Shown here one piece after another: positions 56,605 to 64,000 of a stretch of 64,000 nucleotides of DNA. The position numbers were made by a program, and so were the translations under genes. The notes below the pieces were generated by a model that had not been told where the DNA came from, searched no databases, and was given only the letters and a program-made list of their open reading frames with translations. The stretch spans positions 3,584,001 through 3,648,000 of the forward strand of contig OZ244207.1 in assembly GCA_965216875.1 (NCBI GenBank), written 5' to 3'. This stretch comes from Rubripirellula sp. (GTDB lineage: Bacteria; Planctomycetota; Planctomycetia; Pirellulales; Pirellulaceae). Positions within the stretch are counted from its first letter, which is position 1. Every line of letters begins with the position of its first letter.

Positions 56605-56710
56605 GCCGGTTATCGAATCTCATCAAACAGACACACCCGACTTGCTCCGCCGCGGCAGGCGACGAGGGTAGAATGGTCGTCCTGCAAATTCGCCATCACG
56701 CACAACCATC

Positions 56711-57844
56711 ATGGGGACAACCGTGGCAACAACATTGCACCTGGGCACGCGCAAAGGATTGTTCACGTTTAAGAAATCGGGCAGCAACTGGAGAATCGAT
56801 CGCGTCGATTTTCTTGGTGAACCAGTCACGATGTTGCTCGAAGACCCTCGTGATGGCGCGCTCTACGCCTGCCTCACGCTCGGCCACTTCGGAACCAAAC
56901 TGCGCCGCAGTGACGATGGTGGCCAAACTTGGACCGAACTTGGCGTCCCCGTTTACGACAAGGACGCCGTGATTGCTGTTCCCTCGATGGATCCCGAACA
57001 ACCTCCGTCAACCAAGCCGGCCAGCCTGTCCGAGATCTGGGCACTCGAATCGGCGGGCGAGGACCAACCCGGTTGCCTTTGGGCGGGAACGATTCCTGGC
57101 GGTCTTTTTCGTTCGAGCGATCGTGGTGCCACCTGGACGCTGGACAATGCACTCTGGAACGCGTCTGAGAGAATGGAATGGTTCGGCGGTGGCAAAGATG
57201 ATCCCGGCATCCATTCCGTTTGCGTTGACCCCCGCGACAGCCAACACGTCACCTTGGGCGTTTCGTGCGGCGGAGTCTGGGAAACAAGGGACGGCGGAAC
57301 GAATTGGTCGATCATCGGCAACGGCCTACGAGCCGAATTCATGCCGCCCGACATGCGAGACAAACTCAGTATTCAAGACGCCCACCGCGTGGCCTACTGT
57401 GAATCAAACCCCGATGTCATGTGGGTCCAACATCACAATGGAATTTTCCATTCGACCGACGCGGCCAATACCTTTACCGAAATCGATCAAGCGGGCCCGT
57501 CAACGTTTGGCTTCGCCGCCTGCGCCCATCCCAACGACGACCAAACAGCGTGGTTCGTCCCCGGTGTGAAAGATGAATGCCGCGTCCCGGTCGACGCCAA
57601 GTTGGTCGTGACGCGAACACGCGATGGCGGCAAAACATTCGAGACCCTGCGAAACGGTTTGCCCCAACAAGATTGTTACGACATCGTCTTCCGCCACGCA
57701 CTCGATGTCGATTCCGACGGCAACCAACTCGCGATGGGATCATCCACGGGCGGACTTTGGATCAGCGAAAATGGTGGCGACGATTGGCAAGGCATCTCGA
57801 ACACCTTGCCACAAATCTACGTCGCCCGATTTAGTCGGCGATAG
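56711..57844 (+). CDS. BNR/Asp-box beta-propeller (exo-alpha-sialidase-like, WD40/YVTN/BNR family)
   Basis: LGTRKGLF; Asp boxes SDDGGQTW, SSDRGATW, TRDGGTNW, TRDGGKTF and SENGGDDW; QHHNGIF; FGFA. No signal peptide. Confidence 0.9.
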   Translation: MGTTVATTLHLGTRKGLFTFKKSGSNWRIDRVDFLGEPVTMLLEDPRDGALYACLTLGHFGTKLRRSDDGGQTWTELGVPVYDKDAVIAVPSMDPEQPPSTKPASLSEIWALESAGEDQPGCLWAGTIPGGLFRSSDRGATWTLDNALWNASERMEWFGGGKDDPGIHSVCVDPRDSQHVTLGVSCGGVWETRDGGTNWSIIGNGLRAEFMPPDMRDKLSIQDAHRVAYCESNPDVMWVQHHNGIFHSTDAANTFTEIDQAGPSTFGFAACAHPNDDQTAWFVPGVKDECRVPVDAKLVVTRTRDGGKTFETLRNGLPQQDCYDIVFRHALDVDSDGNQLAMGSSTGGLWISENGGDDWQGISNTLPQIYVARFSRR

Positions 57845-58643
57845 GTTCGTCGATGACGGGGTTGGACAAGTCACCGATCCCTTCGATCGAGATCGTCACG
57901 TTGTCCCCATCCTTCAAGTAGACCGGTGGGTTGCGGGCCATGCCGACCCCATGTGGGGTGCCGGTCAGGATCAGTGTTCCGGGCAATAGCTTCGTGCTGC
58001 CGCTAAGAAACTCAATCAACGTTCGCACGTCAAAGATCATGTCGTTCGTATTCCAATCCTGCATCACTTCACCGTTGAGTGTCGTGCGGATCGGAAGCCC
58101 GTTCGGATCAGGAATCTCGTCCGCCGTCGTGATCACAGGGCCGATCGGACAGAAGGTCGCGAACGTTTTTCCGCGGCACCACTGACTGCCCCCGAAGTCC
58201 TTTTGCCAATCTCGGGCGCTCACGTCGTTGGCACAGGTGTAGCCAAACACGTATTCAAGTGCATTGGCTTTGGAAACGTTCGTGCACTCGCGACCAATGA
58301 TCACCGCAAGCTCACATTCAAAGTCGACCGAGTCACTCGCGAGCTTACGAGGCAACACGATCGGGTCGCCCGGATTCTGGAGCGTGCCGCAGTTTTTCAT
58401 GAACACGACCGGGTACTCAGGAATCGGCGCGTTCCCCTCCTCGGCATGCTTGCGATAGTTCAATCCGATGCAAATGATGTCGGTCGGATAAAAGGGGGCA
58501 AGTAGCTTTTCAACATCCGCCGTCTCGCCGGTATCCGATAGGCCGCCAAACAAATCGCCGGAAGCGACTGTCACCGATTGGGTGGAATGCTGAATGCCAA
58601 AGTGCACCTCACCGTTGCTATCCTCATAGCGAACAATCTTCAT
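57831..58643 (-). CDS. Fumarylacetoacetate hydrolase family protein
   Basis: IICIGLNYRKHA, VDFECEL, CANDVSARDWQ, GKTFATFCPIGP, ILTGTPHGVG; ATG at 58643. Confidence 0.95.
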   Translation of the reverse strand: MKIVRYEDSNGEVHFGIQHSTQSVTVASGDLFGGLSDTGETADVEKLLAPFYPTDIICIGLNYRKHAEEGNAPIPEYPVVFMKNCGTLQNPGDPIVLPRKLASDSVDFECELAVIIGRECTNVSKANALEYVFGYTCANDVSARDWQKDFGGSQWCRGKTFATFCPIGPVITTADEIPDPNGLPIRTTLNGEVMQDWNTNDMIFDVRTLIEFLSGSTKLLPGTLILTGTPHGVGMARNPPVYLKDGDNVTISIEGIGDLSNPVIDEPIAD

Positions 58644-59013
58644 CTTGCCAGTTCCCTTCTTATTGCCGATAGCGCGTGGCGACACGTTGTGATTTCGTTG
58701 ACACGTTGCGAATGATAACCAATCACATTGATTTGCTAAACGGTCTCAATAGTGGCCTTGTCCTGGAGGGCAAGGCTTCCCAAGCGTTCGGCGAGAATTG
58801 CGTCATTCATGGTGCATCGGCACGTCCCATCCAAACGAAACACAGGCCCTAAAAACGCCATCGAAATCTCCGCCGCCCCCGATCTCGCGCAGCAACCACT
58901 GCCAAAGCAGGTTAGAATGGAGCTCACGCGACCGGAGAAAAAAACCCAAACGATCTTCGGTTGCGTCCCCGCCAACCACCACCCACCTACTGTCGATCTG
59001 CCGAGCATTTTCG

Positions 59014-60303
59014 ATGTCGCGAATCATGCAAAGACGCTCGCTTCTCAAAGCGGCTGGAATCAGCATTGCCCTTCCCGCGTTGGAGTCGCTGCCTCGAGCG
59101 GCTGCGGCCCGACCTAACGAACCGGCCACCAGCGGACCGCCCAAGCGAATGGTCTGTATTGGTAACGAATTCGGGATGTACCCCGGTGCCTTCTGGCCGA
59201 CGGCGGACGGTACCCAATACGAAACGACCGAACTGCTCAAACCGCTCGACGATCAACGTGACGACTTCACGCTGTTTTCGCATCTCGATCACGGCTTGAA
59301 GGGCGGGCACTTCGCAGTCCACACCTTTTTGACCGGGGTCAAACATGCCGAAGCGCGCGGCATGGCCGACGGTGGCATCAGCCTTGATCAACGTGCTGCC
59401 GAACACGTTGGCTCGCAAACTCGTTTCCCCTCACTGACGATCGGTTCGGAAAGTGGACTGCACGGCGGTTGTCAAATGAGTTGGACGCGAACCGGCACGC
59501 GCGTCCCGCCCATTCCCGGACCGCGCGAACTGTTCCGCCAGCTCTTTGTTGATGAGAGCGCGTCGTCGAAACGAAAAGCGTCGGATCGCATCGATCTACA
59601 AGGTTCGATCCTTGATGCCGTGCGCGGCGACGCCAAGTCTCTCGAGCGTCGGCTTAGCAAGAATGACGCCGATAAACTTGACGAGTACTTTTCGAGCATT
59701 CGCGATGTCGAAGCGAAGTTGGAATTGGATCGACACTGGCAACACATTTCCAAACCCAAACCATCGGTTGAAGAACCAACCAACGAAGGCTTGACGCATG
59801 ACTTGCCGAAAATCTACGACTTGATCGTACTCGCGTTGCAAACCGATTCGACGCGTGTTGCAACCGTTGAAGTCGGCGGGAGTTTTGCGGCCTCCGACCT
59901 AGGCATCCGCAAAGGCTATCATGGCCTCTCGCACCACGGCAAAGTGCAAGCCAACATTGACCTGTTGGTTCAAATCGAACTCTATCAAGTGCAACAGTTC
60001 GCCCGATTCATCGACAAGCTCAAGAGCATCAAGCAGCCCGAGAGCGACGAAACGTTGCTCGACAGCACGATGGCCTTATTCGGCAGCGGAATGGGCAACG
60101 CGAATTCCCACACCAACAACGATCTGCCAATCATCTTGGCTGGCGGCGGATTCTCGCACGGTCGGCACGTTCGCTATCCAAGCGAAAAGAACAAACGTGT
60201 CCCACTCTGCCAACTCTACGTGTCGATGCTGCAACAGTTTGGTGTGACCACCAACTCGTTCGGCGGTGCATCGGGAGCATTGCCGGGGTTCAACCTCGCA
60301 TGA
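59014..60303 (+). CDS. DUF1552 (HXXSHH) domain protein
   Basis: RRSLLKAAGISIALPALESL, ISLDQRAA, ALQTDSTRVAT, YHGLSHHG, GSGMGNANSH. Confidence 0.9.
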   Translation: MSRIMQRRSLLKAAGISIALPALESLPRAAAARPNEPATSGPPKRMVCIGNEFGMYPGAFWPTADGTQYETTELLKPLDDQRDDFTLFSHLDHGLKGGHFAVHTFLTGVKHAEARGMADGGISLDQRAAEHVGSQTRFPSLTIGSESGLHGGCQMSWTRTGTRVPPIPGPRELFRQLFVDESASSKRKASDRIDLQGSILDAVRGDAKSLERRLSKNDADKLDEYFSSIRDVEAKLELDRHWQHISKPKPSVEEPTNEGLTHDLPKIYDLIVLALQTDSTRVATVEVGGSFAASDLGIRKGYHGLSHHGKVQANIDLLVQIELYQVQQFARFIDKLKSIKQPESDETLLDSTMALFGSGMGNANSHTNNDLPIILAGGGFSHGRHVRYPSEKNKRVPLCQLYVSMLQQFGVTTNSFGGASGALPGFNLA

Positions 60304-62843
60304 ACACGCCCAACTTGCCCCCACATCGCTTGACCAGCGTCGCGCTGGCTTGCGGTTTTGTTGCTGCTTGCTGGATCGGTCAAACCTCTCTTGCTGACGA
60401 CCCGACGAGTCCCGACAGGAATTCTGTGGCCTTCAAGCGGGATGTGGCACCGCTGCTTCAACAGTTCTGCGTCGATTGCCATGGCGACGTGGAACAAAAA
60501 GGGGATCGCAATTTTGATGCCATCTCAGAGGTGATTGATGGCGATGAGTCACTCGTTGACTACCAGGACATTCTCGACCAACTCAACCTCGGCGAGATGC
60601 CGCCCGAAGATTCCGAGCAACCTTCGATTGCACAGCGCCGCCGAGCGATCAAAACGCTTACCCGTCTGATCAAAGACTACCATTCCAAGCACGCGAGGCA
60701 GAGCGGCCAAACGGTCCTGCGACGTCTTAACTCGCGCGAATACCTGTCGACGGTTCGCGATCTGCTTCACCTCGACGTCTCGGTCTTTGATCCTACGACG
60801 ACGTTCCCGCAAGACCAGACCGACGAACACCTCGACAACCTTGGTGACACATTGGTCACGTCGGGACATCTGCTTGCTCGCTACTTGGAAGCAGCCGATC
60901 AAGTCATCGAAAAAGCGATGCACCCGATCGAAAAGCCCAAAGTACAGACGTGGGTCTTTCGTGATGGTTTTCGGCAACAACCCGAAATTGACCAGGTCCA
61001 CAAAAAGACCAACTTCTTCAAGCACATGACCCTTTACGACGTCGTTGGCGCCGACAAACACGAAGGGGCTTACGGACCCATTCATGCGTTCGCCGAAGGC
61101 GTCCCGGTCGACGGAGTCTATGAGATCCGATTGAAGGCTCAAGCGGTCAATCGTGAACATCCCTACGATGTCGATTTTGTTGGCACCGACCCAAACGAAC
61201 CGCTTCGCCTGGGAATTGTGGCTGGCGACCACACCGCCGGAAACCTGCATCTGCCGCAACCGATCGAACCATTGCTGGCCGAGATTGAATTGGCGGACGA
61301 ACCCAAGTGGCATACCGTCAAGATCTGGTTGGACAAAGGGATCACGCCGCGGTTCACCTTCCGCAACGGCCTCATGGACGTTCGAAGCATGTGGGCGAAG
61401 TTGATCCGCAAGTACCCGGATCAATTCCCTAAGGATTCGCATAAAGGAATTGTTTCGGCACGCTTCAACGCGATCAAACATGGCAAGCTGCCACAAATCC
61501 ACATCGACGAAATTGAAATCCGCGGGCCAATCTACGAGCAGTGGCCAACCCCAAGTCAACGCGAGATCTTGGGCGACGACTGGCAAGACGTCGTTGAATC
61601 GGGCAACCTGCCCGAATCGCAAATGCGAAAACACTTGCGTCCTTTTTTGAAGCGAGCCTACCGCCGCCCAGTCGCAAAGGACGACGTCGATCGAATTGTT
61701 CAGGTCATTCGCAAACGGATGTCCGACGGCCGGTCACCTTTGGATGCCTACGGCGATGGACTTCGGGCCGCGCTCTGTTCACCCAACTTCCTTTACCTCG
61801 ATCCGAATCCGACTGCGGGCGAGCAAAGGGACGACCAACAGCTTTCTGCGTATGCACTTGCATCACGGCTTTCGTACTTCCTGTGGGCGTCCATGCCTGA
61901 CGAAGCATTGATGCGTCATGCCGATGACACGACGCTGCTCAAGCCCAATGTGCTTGCCGCGCAGGTCGAACGGATGCTCAAAGATCCGAAATCATCGGCC
62001 ATGGTCGACGGATTCCTTGGCAGCTGGCTAACGCTACGAGATTTGGGCGCCACCCCGCCCGACCGTGGCTCGTTTTCTGGGTATTACCGCCATGACCTTG
62101 ATGCGGCGATGCGAGAGGAAACGACGCAATTCACGCGTCATCTGATTGAGGAAAACCTGAGTCTTGATCATTTCCTTGACGCCGACTTCACGTTCGTCAA
62201 CAAGCCCTTGGCAAAACTGTACGGAATCGATCCGCCGGCCGGACACCAGTTCGAGAAGGTCTCGCTTACGGACCGACGGCGGGGCGGCTTGCTCGGTCAA
62301 GCAAGTGTCTTGACCGTCACCGCAAACGGCATCGACACCTCGCCGGTTGTGCGTGGCGTCTGGCTGCTTGAAAACATCCTTGGTACGCCGCCGACGCCTC
62401 CACCACCCGATGTCGAGCCGCTTGACCCTGACATTCGCGGCGCCAAGTCGATTCGTGACCAACTGCAAAAGCATCGCAACGTCCCCAGCTGCAATGATTG
62501 TCATCGCAAGATCGACCCGCTCGGTTTTGCACTCGAAAACTTCGACCCCATCGGCCGCTGGCGTGATGGTTATGGTCGTGGCGTGTCCGTCGATGCATCA
62601 GGCAAGTTGCCCAACGGCAAATCGTTTGATGACGTTCGAGGTCTCAAGGACGTCTTGCTCGACCAACGCGAATTGTTTGCCAGATCACTCACCGAAAAAC
62701 TGATGTCCTACTCGGTGGGCCGCCGAATGGAGCCGGGTGACCGCCCCCAAATTGATCGGGTCATTGATGAACTGGGCGAAAATGGCGGGATGCGCGACCT
62801 GATCCACCAGATCGTTCAAAGCGAACTCTTCCGAACGAAGTAA
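60300..62843 (+). CDS. DUF1592 family protein (cytochrome c + DUF1587/1595/1592/1588/1585)
   Basis: CVDCH, LRRLNSREY, LASRLSYFLWASMPD, RGGLLGQASVL, SPVVRGVW, CNDCHRKIDPLGFALENFD; ATGA overlap with the DUF1552 gene. Confidence 0.92.
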   Translation: MNTPNLPPHRLTSVALACGFVAACWIGQTSLADDPTSPDRNSVAFKRDVAPLLQQFCVDCHGDVEQKGDRNFDAISEVIDGDESLVDYQDILDQLNLGEMPPEDSEQPSIAQRRRAIKTLTRLIKDYHSKHARQSGQTVLRRLNSREYLSTVRDLLHLDVSVFDPTTTFPQDQTDEHLDNLGDTLVTSGHLLARYLEAADQVIEKAMHPIEKPKVQTWVFRDGFRQQPEIDQVHKKTNFFKHMTLYDVVGADKHEGAYGPIHAFAEGVPVDGVYEIRLKAQAVNREHPYDVDFVGTDPNEPLRLGIVAGDHTAGNLHLPQPIEPLLAEIELADEPKWHTVKIWLDKGITPRFTFRNGLMDVRSMWAKLIRKYPDQFPKDSHKGIVSARFNAIKHGKLPQIHIDEIEIRGPIYEQWPTPSQREILGDDWQDVVESGNLPESQMRKHLRPFLKRAYRRPVAKDDVDRIVQVIRKRMSDGRSPLDAYGDGLRAALCSPNFLYLDPNPTAGEQRDDQQLSAYALASRLSYFLWASMPDEALMRHADDTTLLKPNVLAAQVERMLKDPKSSAMVDGFLGSWLTLRDLGATPPDRGSFSGYYRHDLDAAMREETTQFTRHLIEENLSLDHFLDADFTFVNKPLAKLYGIDPPAGHQFEKVSLTDRRRGGLLGQASVLTVTANGIDTSPVVRGVWLLENILGTPPTPPPPDVEPLDPDIRGAKSIRDQLQKHRNVPSCNDCHRKIDPLGFALENFDPIGRWRDGYGRGVSVDASGKLPNGKSFDDVRGLKDVLLDQRELFARSLTEKLMSYSVGRRMEPGDRPQIDRVIDELGENGGMRDLIHQIVQSELFRTK

Positions 62844-62932
62844 ATTCTTCGTTCGCCAGTTCACCAATCGGATAGAATCTTGGGCATCGTGAGACGCTGA
62901 TTTGGCGTGGATTCATCCGATATGGGGATACG

Positions 62933-64000
62933 GTGATTCGACTCGAATGTTCCTTGGGGGCAATCGCTTGGGCAGCATTGCTAGGCGTTCTTCTGACGGC
63001 ACAGCCAGCCGATTCAGAAGATCGACTGGTGCGCATGTTGACTGCTCGCAACGAAGCGACTCGAATGCGCGCGTTGGACGACTTGGAACAAAGCGTTCAA
63101 AGACGCTATGACGCTGTCGACTCTCTTGTCGCAGCCGTCCAAATCCAATCCGAATCGGTTGACCAAACGCAAGTCCCAGCAAGCGTGATTCGACTGGTCG
63201 ACATGCTCGCGAAAATCGATTCTCCGGTCGCTCGATCCGCCTTGTTGGATCTGCTCGATTCGAACAACTCCGACTTTGTGATGCTTTGCAGCGACACGTT
63301 GGGCAAGCATCAAGTCTTTGAAGCGATCGAAAAAATCGGCCAATTGTCGCAACGCGAAGAGTACCAAAACCGGTATGCGTTTCGATTCAATCTGGTGCGC
63401 AGCCTTGCGATGATGAAACATCCCGATGCAATCGAGCAGTTGGGCCAGCTGCAACCGAAACTCGATGGGCAGCTGCGGTTCGAAATCGACAAGATCCTTT
63501 CCGATGTTACCGTCGATGATTTCCGAGGCGACCAAGCACGGTTCGAAAAATGGAAAAACCGCGAGGTTGAACCGGCCAAAAAAACGAGTGGGATTTTCAA
63601 ACCCGCGAGCACCAAGGGCGCAGGCCCAAACCCGGACGACTATCTGGACGAAGACCGAATCAAGCTCAGACGCCCACAGTACTACGGCATCGAAATCCAA
63701 GCCCAACGTGTTCTGTTTGTCTTGGATCGCTCGGGCAGCATGCGGGCGATGACGAACTATGGCACTCGATTGTTTCGAGCCAAGCAAGAGTTGATTAAGG
63801 CGATTACGGAACTTCCCGAGGACGCCGAGTTTGCGATCGTTGCCTTTGACACCAGCATACGTCCCTGGCGTGAAGAGCTTTCGGAAGCGAACGACAAGAA
63901 CAAACGGGCCGCCATCACCTACGTGCAACGGCTCCAGTACGGAAGTGACACCAACACCTATGGTGCATTGCGCCGTGCACTCGATTTCGACGATGATCTT
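62933..64000 (+). CDS. Secreted HEAT-like + VWA domain protein, 3'-truncated by the window
   Basis: My own translation from GTG 62933 (VIRLECSLGAIAWAALLGVLLTAQ...) is open to the window end and contains YYGIEIQAQRVLFVLDRSGSM (MIDAS) and TNTYGAL. Absent from the ORF track because it has no stop. Confidence 0.85.
   Translation, partial: MIRLECSLGAIAWAALLGVLLTAQPADSEDRLVRMLTARNEATRMRALDDLEQSVQRRYDAVDSLVAAVQIQSESVDQTQVPASVIRLVDMLAKIDSPVARSALLDLLDSNNSDFVMLCSDTLGKHQVFEAIEKIGQLSQREEYQNRYAFRFNLVRSLAMMKHPDAIEQLGQLQPKLDGQLRFEIDKILSDVTVDDFRGDQARFEKWKNREVEPAKKTSGIFKPASTKGAGPNPDDYLDEDRIKLRRPQYYGIEIQAQRVLFVLDRSGSMRAMTNYGTRLFRAKQELIKAITELPEDAEFAIVAFDTSIRPWREELSEANDKNKRAAITYVQRLQYGSDTNTYGALRRALDFDDDL

Noticed and set aside
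57831..57844. 14-nt convergent overlap of the BNR and FAH genes
   Set aside because: Short 3' overlaps are common, and nothing suggests a function here.
63014..63928. 304-aa minus-strand ORF
   Set aside because: Antisense to the VWA gene, which is open on the plus strand to the window end.
1..64000. tRNA, rRNA, prophage or IS elements
   Set aside because: None recognised by eye; tRNAscan-SE, Infernal and ISEScan would be needed to exclude them formally.

Overview
GC-rich bacterial chromosomal window, very likely a planctomycete of the Pirellulaceae (Rhodopirellula/Stieleria-like). The assignment rests on PSD1/DUF1553+DUF1501 and DUF1552+DUF1592 modules, a TIGR02996 protein, and the style of the palindromic repeats. 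The core is the S10-spc ribosomal protein operon (rpsJ to rplO, secY, adk; minus strand, about 24.1-37.0 kb), which has a clear sigma70 promoter and no rpmD. It is flanked by housekeeping and envelope genes: aminotransferase, PPIase, csrA, S41 protease, Gfo/Idh/MocA, NatAB-like ABC, CrtI/CrtN-like desaturase, greA, yacG, FAH, and a truncated VWA protein. I saw no rRNA, tRNA, CRISPR, transposase or integrase. Intergenic DNA carries at least seven distinct families of palindromic REP/REPIN-like repeats. The most unusual observations are: (1) an orphan gene with its own promoter, bracketed by two 123-bp direct repeats built from REP units (16440-17765); (2) a ubiquitin-like/BNR-propeller neighbourhood with a 3x228-bp palindromic array, a transglutaminase-C39 double-papain-fold gene and a second repeat pair between the two genes (53.4-57.8 kb); (3) a probable ATT start codon for rpsE; (4) an intrinsic terminator in the greA leader. 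All calls come from reading the sequence by eye and recalling motifs; no database searches were run.
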